Shown here: piece by piece, positions 13,313 to 26,624 of the stretch | Position numbering within the stretch: the first letter of the stretch is position 1 | Layout: each line of letters begins with the position of its first letter | NCBI RefSeq assembly: GCF_037042905.1 | Contig: NC_087251.1 | Coordinates: 45,324,001-45,388,000 of the forward strand | Origin: Lytechinus pictus | Taxonomy: Eukaryota | DNA length: 64,000 bases | Reading direction: 5' to 3' | The notes under the pieces: generated by a model | What the model saw: only the letters and a program-made list of their open reading frames with translations | Told to the model about the DNA's origin: nothing | The model's database searches: none | Program-made: the position numbers and the translations under genes

Positions 13313-13716
13313 GGAGCAGATCACGTTCCCGGATTCGCTATGGTTCGGGATCGGGATCGTCGGGAGTGGGATCTTCTCCCGTTTTCTGGATTGTCCTCGG
13401 CATCATTGTCTTTTTCATTGTCGTCTTCTTAATTTACGTGTGTTGTCGTCAGTCGAATTCACAAGACAGGAAAAGACAACAAGAAGCCTTGCAGGCGAAC
13501 GCCACCCAATCCCTTCAGGTGTCAAATAACGAGGAGACTCCTGCAGCGGGCCCAGGACACCCGAAGGTCTTTGTCCAAGAAAATCCTCTAGAAATGCCAC
13601 CGCCAAGCTACTTCGATGCTACTAAACCAGATGGAATAACACATCGAGGAGGGGGAGGGGACACTTATGAAATGCATAAAGTGGATGACGTCACGGAAAA
13701 GGGTACCGGCGTCTAA
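13313..13716 (+). CDS. Paralogue B exon 2 (ectopeptide, TM, PPSY tail); spliced product 163 aa
   Basis: Acceptor cctatacAG 13311-13312, in phase with exon 1. Reads SRSRSRIRYGSGSGSSGVGSSP-VFWIVLGIIVFFIVVFLIYV-CCRQ...EMPPPSYFD...GITHRGGGGDTYEM...GTGV*. Tail is alignable with paralogue C. Confidence 0.88.
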
Positions 13717-15226
13717 TTCTGTAACCATGGCATCTCAATATTACGCTTAACGACATACATTATTTACAATGATATAACCATACAGGTATGTTAATAAATT
13801 GCAAAGTTGATTTGTTTCGAAATACCTGAAGGATCTGCGTGCGATTACAAAATGAAATCGATGAAATAAAATGATTTTGCTGCTTCGTCATTTTTCACTG
13901 ACACAGTGTGTTTTCTTTTCAAAATTATCTGCTTCCTCTTTTCCTTTTATGTTCATAGCAATAATATTAGTAATCAATAATATTAGTAATATTAGTAAAA
14001 CAGAGAAGGGAAAGAAAAGGATTTCAGTACACGGTTCAATTATGTGGAATATTCCAGGTCTTAAGACACAATTCGCTAAACTTTATTATGTTTGTATCGT
14101 TCTAATTTTGTTGTCCTTTGTTTTTTTCTTTTGTATGTGTTTAAATGTAGCAGGGCCCTCTGAGAGAACAGTGTACGTCACTGATGAGGCTACCCTGGAT
14201 AAATAAGACTTTATAATAATAATAATAATAATAATCAAAATAATGTGTAGCCTTATACATGGAACTACTTAATTGCAGATTGTAGATTAGGCTTTTAAAT
14301 TCAAAGATCAAATTACACATGGCCGTGATACAGAAAGTTTTTGCTGGGGGGCATAATTTTTTCAAACAAACTCGAAAGAGTGGGAGCGAAGCGAACGAGC
14401 CTGTCATCGGGGATCTTTTGCATTTTGTAAAGTGAAATTGAAACATTTAGTCGTGCATACTTCTGGTATAAATTTTGAGAAAATAGTCGGTAAAAAAATG
14501 GACTTTCCAAAATTCGGGGGGGGGGGGGCGCCTACCCTCCCCTGCTGCGTATGGCCATGATATATATAAAAAAGTTGTTCTTGTATGGTACTGTAGTAGG
14601 TTTCAGACTGATCAGTCATGCATGTCTTTCAGATGGTGAGGTAAAGAGGTTGGTCCAGAACTAGATTTCTAATTGATAAGTGTGTGTGTGTGAAAACACA
14701 TAAGCACACACTTTCTCAACTTATAAATAACTTTATGAAATTACCAAAGCACAAGGGGATACAAGGTAATGGCAACTATTCCTTTGAATTTTGAAAAGAT
14801 CAATTAAAAATAGGGGCGGTGCCGCGGAGGGGGGGGGGGCGAGATAAAGAGGGACATTTTTTCTTCAGGGCAATTCCGTAATATAATCAACCTTTGTGTA
14901 CGTCTGACCCTCATTTTGTACTTCATAAACTGACCAAATCATAATCATTTGACAGACTGTTATAAGAATCAGAAATCAGAGACAGAAAATGTCATGAAGG
15001 TCTCAAATACATGGGGTGGGACGTACATATTTTATAGAATTGCCCTTTAGCTTTTTAGCCCTCCAAATGCCTTTTATTGAGTCAAGTAATATCAATATAC
15101 ACACATGCAAACATTATTACACAATAAATAAATGAACAATAATAATACTTCACAATTCTCTCAAGTAAATAAAGAATGAAGTGACATCCATTTAGTATTA
15201 AATTTGTTAAACAAACCCGATATATA

Positions 15227-16211
15227 CAGTACGTATCAAAAAAAAGTTTACACTTTGAAAAAGCCCTGGGAATTAAAAAATATGCAACATGTGGGTAATT
15301 TTTTCACATGTAATCTTGGGTTTGGGTCTCATCTATCTAATGCAAGTTGAAGTTTTGACAGAATGTTACACTTGAGTGAGCACTGTCCATTTTTGTAAAG
15401 CTCGCAGAAAACTGTTTGCGCAAAAATGCTTGTTTTCACGCTGTGTAAAGGGGAAAGGGCGAAATCAAACTTACCCTGCGAAACATTTTTCATCCATTTC
15501 CCTTGCACTTTTAGTCAATTGAAATTAAATGGATATACATTCAAGCATTTTGTAACAATTTTGCCACCAAAATTGAAATTTCAACACTTAGTAAGCACAA
15601 CCTTTACCCTTTTTGTGCCAGCTGGATCTGAGGATATAACTGAATCTGAACAAAAGTTTATATCAGACATCTCCAGCATTTTTTCACTAAGTTTGTATCA
15701 TTTAAAGTGGGTTTACATTTCATTTTTCATTTAATACTTGTTTCTCCACACTTTTCCCAAGCTTGACAATGATTAACAAAATGAAAATGAAGCCTAAGCC
15801 ATTTTATGTAAATCACATCTCAGTGTAAAGCAAACATCGCCACGATGGCCTCGGTTTGTGGGGGAGTGGGGTGAGGCGCAATGCATCTTCGAAGTGTTTT
15901 GGCCAAGGAAACAAGTTAAAAAGGGTAAAAGATATCTTCAAATCAATTTTACTAGCTAAATTCCTCGTGTTCTTCATGATTAAGGTCTACTTTTATTCGC
16001 ATAACTATTTCAGAGTTCTGCGCAAATCATTTTTCACTAACTTTTCAAAAGTAAGTGGTGCTCATTCAGGCGGGAATATTTTTGACAGTTATATCGTCAT
16101 TTGCTTAAGTGGATCTGTACCAATGTTAAAATGTGGAAAAATCTTCAGTATTGAAAATATATAATTTTACAGGATTTTTTCTAAGTGTAAACTTTTTTTT
16201 GATACGCACTG
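15227..16211. mobile_element. Non-autonomous Tc1/mariner-type element, copy 1
   Basis: TA|CAGTACGTATCAAAAAAAAGTTTACACTT...AAGTGTAAACTTTTTTTTGATACGCACTG. Highly similar along its length to 22176-23082. Confidence 0.88.
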
Positions 16212-16214
16212 AAG

Positions 16215-17600
16215 AACTAATATATTTCTCATCTTCATAATATTGAATCATTTATTTTCTTTGCATATGTAAACACAGAATTTTTACTGTTTTACTTTTG
16301 AAGAAATAAATGTTGTTTGATTATACATACAAAACAATTCAATGCATCATTTGTTTTTCTAATCGAAACCAAAGATTATATTTTTCAAACTAAACTTGAC
16401 GTGTGCCTGAGAACATTCATTTATCAAATGCATGTTTCCTTCCAAATTTCTTTACTAACTTTACATTCATAAAAAAGTGTACAATATCTTCCAACTCCTT
16501 ATTACAAAATGAACACATTTCATTTTTAACAACCTTCATCTAATATAATTGTTTATTCAGAAATAATATTCTATTTACTATCTTATACTGAAAGTATCTA
16601 AAACCAATATCTGAAGTAAGGCGAAATATCATAAGGTATTTCTCAATTTAGTATAAGGAGGGTCATCTAAATATCGATCCCATTTTGAACATATCAAAAG
16701 AACACATTTTGTTTTTCCAAGCAAAGTTTTATAGATATATTGACATCGTTCATGTATAATTTAATATGTTAAAGTATCAAAGGATTTTCTATATTCTTTC
16801 CACAATTTTCAACGTTTACTCGATATCGACACTTTATTGTTTGACTTAAATTCTATAAATCGTAAGCGGGAAGACTAGTCCTGTGAAAGTAAAAAATATT
16901 TATCTTGTATTCTAACCTTTTAAATATTTTTAGAAAGGAAAACCGGTTCTTCCGGTGATCTGTTTGGTGTATATAAAAAAAGAATGCTATAGGGTCGTAT
17001 AATTTTTCTTGTGACCTACATGAAATAGGTGAAGTATAATGTTTAAGTGAATTGTATACATGTTTAAATAATTCAACATAATTATATTTCAGAAATGAAA
17101 TGCGACGTTTGTCCCTAGTAGGGTCCATTAGTATACATTAAGTAATTTATCAATTAAAAACGCTTTATGGTTATTCGTGCAACATTATTCTGACATGATA
17201 ATAACTGGTTAAATTTGTGACTATGTGAATACATGAATATCATTATATTATATTTTCTTCTTTGTGAAACATTTTTTTAAACATTATTCTAATGATTTAT
17301 CATTCAATTGATCACGACAGAATTGTTTGTAATTTTCATAGAAGTTTTTTCTGAATGGAAGTATTGTATGGTTTATCTAGACATGGATCCCGATAGAGCT
17401 TGGGGTACCACAGGGGATATTCTTTGGGCCTATGCTCTTTTTTTTCTCGCAAAGGAAACGGGAGTTTACAAAATGATGATATACCGTCAATGATAATCAT
17501 GGTATTTTCTTAAAATTAAATTTGAGGTATCGATGTTATTTCATTTATTGATAGTAGTCCCCATCCTTAAATTAAGAAAACACAACAATTTTACAATGGC
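16215..17600 (-). mobile_element. Decayed L1/Tx1-type LINE ORF2 3' fragment
   Basis: The reverse strand at about 16430-16525 reads NEMCSFCNKELEDIVH(x)F(x)ECKVSKEIWKE with one frameshift, the CxxC...H...C zinc knuckle typical of L1/Tx1 ORF2. Boundaries approximate. Confidence 0.65.
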
Positions 17601-18371
17601 ACGGATGGCAACTGGGTTTTGTTTTCAGATTCAGATTCAGGCCAATTTTAAAAAGTCCCACAGTTAATTGAAAATGCTCGAATCAGGGGTCCGATTCACT
17701 TAAAGTAATTGTAACTTTGTCATTATGGTGATTACCATAGAAACCTTGATTCGGATTGGCCGCAGAGCCCAGTTTCCGTGGTTTATACCTGTTGCCGTAA
17801 TGGCAAAGTTACTATAATTGTATTTATGTCACCTTATAGGCTCCACACCAAAAAATTCGAATAACTTAAATCTGACGGATTATGTTTTCTTCTGAAAGTT
17901 TCCCCTGTACCCTCCAAATACCTAACATTTTGTCTGTTGTCATTTTAATGAACTTTGTTATAATAACGTGTACCCTAGCATGGTTACAATAACAACGGCC
18001 GAATTATTCACTTCTCTTAGATTTTTACATTTGCTTTGCACTTGTTATAATTGTAGCTTCGAAATCGTACATTATCATCATACCATTGTATATCAAGTAT
18101 CATATTGCTGAATGTTGCTATTTGAATAATTTTCCTGTCCCCATCGCCACTCCTTACTTATGTCATTAAAGTATTACATGTTTTCATTCTTTGTTTAATA
18201 TACTGATGTTTTATATCTTTTTATATTGCTTTTATATTCTACATAAATTGTTTTTACATAATATAATTTTTATTGATAATAATTATTTTTGTAATCATTC
18301 TGTTGTGTAATGTGTATGATGAGACTACTTCCATTTTTGTTTAGTTCACCGTATTTGTTTAATTCTCTATA

Positions 18372-19176
18372 TGAAGAGCTCAGTTGCAAAAGGGGTTAGG
18401 TCCATTTTTCATCAAATGTTATGTTTTTGTCTCAATGTATAGATTTTTAGTAGCTTTATAAGATGATACCAAAGAAAAGTTGAAATTCCCATTAAAAAGT
18501 GAACAAAAATGACCCTTTTTTCAAAAGGGGTTAGGTCCATTTCAGTTTGGTTGCAAAAGCGGTTAGGTCCACAAAGACATTTTTTGAAAAAGAATATTTA
18601 AAAGAATATGAAGACAGGTAGATTTCTTTTTAACCCAATTTTATGTTCATATTGTATGGTATGAAAATTTAGTTTCGCACAAGAATATTGCAAAATGTAA
18701 GAATAAAAAAATTATTTTCTTGGAGTGGACCTTACCCCTTTTGCAACCAAACTCTTCTGAAGAGCTCATTTGTCAAAAGGGTCAATTTTTCATAAATTTT
18801 TATTGTTTTTTGTCTCAAAACCTATAGATTTTTAGTCGCTCTGATGATACGAAAGAAAATTTGAAATTCACTTTAAAACGTGAATAAAAGTGGCAAAGAA
18901 AATCACTTTTTAATTCAAAAGAGATTGGATTCATTACCGTTTGCTTGCAAAAGGGGTTAGGTCCACAATGATATTTTATTTGAAATTTTTTTTTTTTTAA
19001 ATTGAAGACAGGTAGATTTCTTTTATACCCAAATTTATGTTCACATGATAGGGTAGTACACCATAACAATTTAGTTTCTTATAAGAATATTGCAATAAGT
19101 GAGAATAAAAAAACAAAACATGATTTTCCTCGGAATGGTCCAAAGTGGACCTGACCCCTTTTGCAACCAAACTCTG
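18372..19176. repeat. Tandemly duplicated ~400-bp unit with inverted termini (probable MITE dimer)
   Basis: gttgcaaaaggggttaggtcca recurs at about 18383, 18520, 18550 and 18945. Inverse copies tggacc...ccccttttgcaaccaaactct lie at about 18726 and 19146. Confidence 0.65.
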
Positions 19177-20015
19177 TATCCAGGGACATGGCCGGCCCTG
19201 GGAAGCGGGGTGCTGCGTGTGTTATTCACTATACAGGCAGCACCACCTGGTAATCGGGTAGGTATGCTAGAAGTAGAAATTTAACCAAAATCACCTTTAA
19301 TTTTTAGCGATTTTTTTTTGGGGGGCTGTTGTCAAATATTTTTCTTCCAAACCAGCACCCCTCAGAAAAATAATTCCAAGCCCTATCCAGGGACTATTTC
19401 ATCAAACTTTCATTAGCATATTGATCGCCTCCTGTGGGCTATTAAACAAAAAGCTTACCATAGTTTAATGGACATGTGCTCAAATTGATTACCGACTGAG
19501 GTGAAAAAATTATGGGGGCAGAAAGAGGTCTATCTAGTGAAAACGTTCTATTGCAAATTTTCGAAATCAACTGTGACATTGCATATACTGTCCACTGACA
19601 AATCACAAACTTCGATTCATATTTGTTGATAATCGAAAACTTTGATTTTTGGAGTTTGGTATCAGTGCTAGGCTTGGTCAGTATTATAAGATTATGTGCG
19701 TGTTTTTGAAGAAAAGAATGGGTTGACCCAATTAACTTTGATTTAATGTGAATTTATATAACGAGAGGGATGAAATGTGTTCAAGTGTGTCCATGTATCT
19801 TGTGCTACTTTTGAATAAAAAGTTTCCATCATTTTAATCTAACCTTACTGAATACTTTGCTATTTGTTACGTCGTGACTATTTTATTTAATTCGTTTCTT
19901 AATATCAAAATTTACGAAATGAACCGCATATTATTATATACATGTGTATAAAAAGAATGCATCGAATAATTTGTTTTCCAGAATAAAGCATGTCCGTAGG
20001 AGTAGGGGAACAAAT

Positions 20016-20016
20016 G

Positions 20017-20050
<34 letters not shown>

Positions 20051-20153
20051 AGTTCGAGTAGTAGTAGTAGTAGTAGTAGAAGTAGTAGTAGTAGTGGTGG
20101 TGGTGGTGGTGGTGTTGGTGTTGGTGATGGTAGTAGTAGTAGTAGTAGTAGTA

Positions 20154-20189
<36 letters not shown>

Positions 20190-20503
20190 AAGCAGTAGTA
20201 GTAGTAGTATTAGTAGTAGTAGTAGAATTAGTAGAAATCAGTAGTAGCAGCATCAATGGCGAACAGATGGGGGCTGGGGCGCTTGCCCCCCCCCCCAAAA
20301 AAAAAAAATAATAATAATAATCATAATAAAAATCATGGCCAAGAAAAGAGTGAAATGTGATATTGTTTTTTTAATATGTCAAAATCTATCGCAAATTTGA
20401 TTTTTATAATGAAAATGTCTAAATTTTTATAAAGTTTCCCTGATACACCATATCTGGTCCCTCAAATTCTTTGCTCATTACGCCACTGAAAAATATACTA
20501 ACA

Positions 20504-20554
<51 letters not shown>

Positions 20555-20717
20555 ATAGATGTAGTAGTAGTAGTAATAGTAGTAGTAGTAATAATAGATG
20601 TAGTAGTAGTAGTAGTAGTAGTAATAGTAGTAGTAGTAATAGAGGTAGTAAAAGTGGTAGTAGTAGTAGTAGTAGTAGTAGTAGTAATAGTAGTAGTATT
20701 AGTAGTAGTAGTAGTAA

Positions 20718-20758
<41 letters not shown>

Positions 20759-20843
20759 ATAGTAGTAGTAGTAGTAGTAGTAATATATGTAGTAGTAGTA
20801 GTAGTAGTAGTAATAGATGTAGTAGTAGTAGTAGTAGTAGTAA

Positions 20844-20893
<50 letters not shown>

Positions 20894-21002
20894 ATAGTAG
20901 TAGTAGTAATAGATGTAGTAAAAGTGGTAGTAGTAGTAGTAGTAGTAGTAATAGTAGTAGTAGTAGTAGTAGTAAAAGTAGTAGTAGTAGTAGTAGTAGT
21001 AA

Positions 21003-21034
<32 letters not shown>

Positions 21035-21035
21035 A

Positions 21036-21067
<32 letters not shown>

Positions 21068-21073
21068 ATATAT

Positions 21074-21124
<51 letters not shown>

Positions 21125-21220
21125 ATAGACGCAGTAGTAGTAGTAGTAGTAGCAGCAGCAGTAGTAGTAATAGTAGTAATAGTAATAGTAGTAGTAGTAG
21201 TAATAGATGTAGTAGTAGTG

Positions 21221-21274
<54 letters not shown>

Positions 21275-21415
21275 ATAGTAGTAGTAGTAATAATAGATGT
21301 TGTAGTAGTAGTAATTGATGTAGTAGTAGTAGTAATAGTAGTAGTAGTAGTAGTAGTAGTTATAGTAGTAGTAGTATTAATAATAGATGTAGTAGTAATA
21401 TTAGTAGTAATAGAT

Positions 21416-21460
<45 letters not shown>

Positions 21461-21490
21461 ATAGATGTAGTAGTAGTAGTGGTAGTAATG

Positions 21491-21551
<61 letters not shown>

Positions 21552-21584
21552 CAGTAGTAGTAGTATAGAACTAGTAGAAGTAGT

Positions 21585-21616
<32 letters not shown>

Positions 21617-21645
21617 TAGTAGCAGCAGTAGTAGCAGTAGTAGCA
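20016..21645. repeat. Very long interrupted (GTA)n microsatellite (blocks about 20016-20250 and 20502-21645)
   Basis: Directly visible. It explains the spurious poly-Val, poly-Leu and poly-Tyr ORFs. Confidence 0.97.
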
Positions 21646-22175
21646 AAATTTACAAAATATTTAGTGGTATCTTTTTCATGCATGTGCCCATTTTACCCAT
21701 TATGATGTAAGGGTATTACTGTATATAGTAACAAAGTCCAGACCTTTTCTTTTAAACTTTTCCTCTCTGTCTTCCCTTGCCTCCTCTTCCCTTTTTTCTC
21801 CTCCTTTTTTATGATTGAAAAATCAAAGGGGTAGCCTCCTGCCCCTGAGGCGCCGTCTTTGAAAGCAGTATTAATGAATACCATGCACGTTTATTTCGTG
21901 TATCGCTTAAAGGGCGTGTCCCCATACCTGTACGCATACTTTTTTTTTGCCGGGGGGCATTAAGGTAACGAATCGAGTGATGAAGGGTGTAGAGGTCAAC
22001 CCTTTCTTGTTAATGGATGTTCTTAATTACATTTATTGATAGCAACATTCATACATCCATCACGCGTACCCTTCATCATTAAGCTAGATGTATTCCACGC
22101 CAATACTCTATATACGCCCACTGGTGAAAGATAATTATGTAGACATGGTCTATGATTACTTGCATGAGGGCTATA

Positions 22176-23082
22176 CAGTGCGTATCAAAAAAAACTTTAC
22201 ACTTTGAAAAAGCCCTGGGAATTAAAAAATATACACCATGTAGGTAATTTTTTTACATGTAATCTTGGGTTTGGGTCTCATCTATCCAATGAAAGTAAAA
22301 GTTTTGACAGAATGGTACACTTGAGTGAGCACTGTCCATTTTTGTAAAGCTCGCAGAAATCTGTTTGCGCAGAAGTGCTTGTTTTCACGCGGTGTCAAGG
22401 GGAAAGGGCGAAATTAAACTTACCCTGCGAAACATTTCTCATACATTTCCCTTGCACCTTTAGTCAACTGAGATAAAACGTCTACATTCAAGCATTTTGT
22501 AACAATTTTGCCACCCAAATTGAAATTTCAACACTTAGTAAGCACAACCTTTACCCTTTTTGTGCCAGCTGGATCTGAGGATGTAACTGAATCTGAACAA
22601 AAGTTTATATCAGACATCTCCAACATTTTTTCACTAAGTTTTTATCATTTAAAGTGGGTTTACATTTCATGTTTGATTTAATACTTGATTCTCCACACTT
22701 TTCCCCAAGTTTGACAATGATTAACAAAATGAAAATCAAGCCTAAGCCATTTCATGAAAATCACAGCTCAGTGTAAAACTATAAATATCGTCACGATGGC
22801 CTCGGTGTGTGGGGAGTGGGGTGGGCGCAATGCACTCTTCGAAATGTTTTGGGCAAGGAAACACGTTAAAAAGGTAAAAGATATCTTCAAATCAATTTTA
22901 CTAGCTAAATTCCACGTGTTCTTCATGATTAAGGTCTACTTGTATTCGCATAACTATTTCAAAGTTCTGCGCAAATCCTTTTTCACCAAATTTTTAAAAG
23001 TATGTGGTGCTCACTCAAGCGGAAATACAATACAATTTTACAGGATTTTTTCTAAGTGTAAACTTTTTATTGATACGCACTG
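22176..23082. mobile_element. Non-autonomous Tc1/mariner-type element, copy 2
   Basis: TA|CAGTGCGTATCAAAA...TTGATACGCACTG|TA. Lacks about 80 bp present in copy 1. Confidence 0.9.
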
Positions 23083-23379
23083 TATAACAAAAAGGACACA
23101 TATCGGAATTAAACAACGACACTTTCCAACCTATTTGTCTCCATAGTTATATGACTTAAGTCACGTTCACGTCTATCGAATGTTTGCCATTACGGGGCTG
23201 GGTTATACTGAAAATATACACCGAGTACCGCGCACCACGGATGTACGCCAGCAGACGATGGTAGAAAGCCTAGTACAGACTTTCGCGTCTCCATCATCAG
23301 CGGTGATTAATTCTCATTAGGATTTTGATTTTGAACGCATGCCAATCGCCGCAAAGACCATCATTCTTTATGAACTAGT

Positions 23380-23476
23380 ATGGATATCAACCGTGTCTAT
23401 CGTCTCATTCTGGTCTTAGTATACTTTGTCTCTCTCTTTGGAATATGTCTGGCTCGGAGAGGAGGAGGAGGAAGAG
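23380..23476 (+). CDS. Small Arg/Gly-ectopeptide TM-PPxY protein, paralogue C, exon 1 (signal peptide)
   Basis: MDINRVYRLILVLVYFVSLFGICLARRGGGGR+G, followed by phase-1 donor G|GTGAGA at 23477. Confidence 0.85.
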
Positions 23477-25174
23477 GTGAGATTGATGCTATCTTCAGTA
23501 GATGTGTAATAAAATGTTATGATTGCTCTTGTACATAAACCACCGTCATATATGTACACAATTTATGTCTTAAAACTACATGTATCTTGCATTTGTTTAA
23601 CTTAAGATTATTAGATAAAAAGATCATAGGCCTACACTCGGAATTGATTAATAACAACAATAATAATACAATACTAAACATATAAATAATGAATAATATA
23701 GGATTTATATAGCGCTCGTATCCACCTTATTATGTGCTGAAGGCGCATTCTCATAAGTCAATCATATTGATGTCGGATTCAGGGTATAAAACAATCTCCT
23801 TAGATTTAGTTCAACGCACGAGGAGTTACTTGTAACTCGATCCTCACTACACTCAAATTTCAAATTGATAATTCTCTTTCTGAAAAACAATCCGTCACAA
23901 TTGAGAAGTGGAACTGTACTGTCCACACTGTCTTGTCTCACCGGCGTTTCTAACTCTCAATCTCGTAACTATGGATTTGGATCAGAAATATCCACAGGTT
24001 CCATATGGAGAGCCAATATTACTCCTCTAAAATACACGTACAATCAGACTCAAATCAAACTACTTGCATGATGTTTTTACTGGCCCTGCAATACATATTG
24101 ACCAAGATTATGATAACGTTCGGGGAATAATCTCATGATTTGGCGACACAGTCTCTTGTTGATTTCGCAATCACTCTCAATTTTTTTTTGTAGGTCATTC
24201 ATCGAAAAGAGTCAATTATTCATAAGTTTTGGATTGATACAGATCACCATAAATGAGATGAACGTCCCAGTCCGTTCTATGACGCCACTTTCGTTTAAAT
24301 TTTCCATGTGCTTCAAAGTTTGTTGACGCTCAGAAGACACGACAGTGGTTTCAAAACACCAAGCTCTGGGTATTGTGCCATCTAAAGCACAAAACAATTA
24401 AAGGCACAAACAAAATATGTACTATATGTTCTCTTTGAATTCAACAATACTTAAAAAGCCATTTCTTTTACAGCATTCAACGAAATAAAGATAAACTGCA
24501 CAAAATCTCATTTGTTTGATAGAATTTTGATTATCTTACCACTCTTACTTTTATTGAGATTTTCACCATGTACAATGCTCAACTAAACTTCTACAGAATA
24601 CATCACTTCATAAAGTCACATTTCTTAGTAATAACAATATCACAATTATCACTCACCGATGGTAGTGTAGGGAATGAACTTGGAAACTACAAGTGTAAAG
24701 AAGACTTCACAAAGAAAAGTGCCCGTGTCTTCTGGTTTTCCAAAATTTGATCAGAAAATAAACCAGCCATCTTTGCACACCAAGACTGATTCGTAAGGTG
24801 TGTCTTCTTACCACTATCCTAGTACAGCAGCAACTGCTATCTATCTACATACATAGGCTAATACACCATGCTAATACATAAGAGTTATACAAAACATGTT
24901 TAAGGTTCATTAACAAGTGTCAATGCCATACCACTTTCCTTTTCATTGCTAGGCATGAAGCATTACACACAATACAACTAGCACTCTATTAAACACCAGG
25001 TATCTGGACTGATCACTCAACCATCAATGGCAGCATTCTCCTCTCCCCCCCCCCCCCCTCTCTCTCTCTGTGTCTTTCAATCGTGTTTTTTTTTTCGTCC
25101 TCTTCCCCATACTCTCTCTGTCTATCACATTCCCTAATTTAATTGCATCTCTATTTTCTGCCACTCTACTATAC

Positions 25175-25419
25175 ACACTGAAAAACACCGGTGTTAATTT
25201 AACACCAGTCTGGTATCTATATATCACTCCACACCAGAGAGGCATTGTAACAACACCGGTTTGGCGTTATAGGCTAACACCAATTTGGCATTTAAGCAAC
25301 ACCAATTAGTGTGTTAAACCAATATTGGTTTGATTAACTGGTGTTGTTTCAACGCTTCTCTGGAGTGGACCGATAGATACCGGGCTGGTGTTTAATCAAC
25401 ACCGGTGTTTTTGCAGTGC
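25175..25419. mobile_element. MITE with CACTG...CAGTG ends and acacc/ggtgt subrepeats
   Basis: cactgaaaaacaccggtgtt ... aacaccggtgtttttgcagtg. Related partial copy at about 38930-39101. Confidence 0.7.
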
Positions 25420-26624
25420 ACGAATGTCTGTACAAAGGTTAGCCATGGTGCAGCTGTAAGATCTATTTTGGGTTCTGACGCGATATCCCATTATTCGCAC
25501 AGTAACGGCATTTATGCGACGCCCACGATCCAGTTTGAGAATTACCGTGAAAGCTGCAACAATTTGAGATAGGGTGGGACAGTATCCCGGGACAGTACAG
25601 TGTAGTTAGGAGCCACGGGCGTAAATCCCGGGGGATGGGGGATCACCCCCAACACTTTTCGGAGAGGGGGAATGGCATGTACAATCACCCCCGGAATCAC
25701 CCCCCCCCCACACTTTTCAAGATAAAAAATCATCTTTAAATGCAGTCAAAGTGCTTGATTTGGCCTAAGTTTGCATTTTAAAAATGCAAAATTTCTCGCG
25801 CGGTCGCTCCGCTCTCACGCTCAACCCATCTATAAGAATTTGGCCGTGTCAAATCCCTACGTTTGGTTATTGCAAAGGTTATATCCACTGCATCATGGGA
25901 ATTTAGTTATAATAAGTCCATTTATGAATATGTGATTCCAGTGACTTTCAAATATGACTTTAATCATAAATGAATTAAAACATCCTTTAAATACACTTTC
26001 ATGAATATGGGAGGGGTTCATCTGGTATCTTTGTGGAAGCGGGGATTTTGTACGAAAAATATTTGGCCTACCATATTCTTCAAAAGTATGCGATGAGTTC
26101 ATGCCGTTAATGAAACATTCATCTTTACCATCTTATCCATTTATCGAGGAATTTAAATCACATTAATTAACACAACAATGTAATAGATGTATCATAAATG
26201 AATTTTGCTCAAAATTTGGAATGTTGCATCATCTCCCAATATATCTTAAAGATTATTCGAAATCTTTCATTTTCATATTCATCATTGTGATATTTCCACG
26301 TTTTTGGAAGTTTATATTGTGACCTGTGATGGCCTATGATCATTTCATATGGCACCCTTATTCCCGATAATCAAGATCCTATTTTTGTTTTCATTCTCAT
26401 CTCACCTTTGACCAGTGAGGAAATGGGCTTTCATTGAACAAAACTCGACTATTTAAATCCCTATTTGCTCTTTATACCTTATCATCCTCTGTATTTAATG
26501 CATATTATTTTAAACGACTGAAGCAACTTTTTAAGGCTCGCTAACTACGCTCACCGCCGCAATTTCTCACATTATTACACTCCCTTGAAAGACGATTCGA
26601 TAATGATTCTGTTTCTGTTTCTTC

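Noticed and set aside
20471..21568. 365-aa poly-Val ORF, the longest in the track
   Set aside because: It is the translation of the (GTA)n microsatellite, with no splice or codon evidence.
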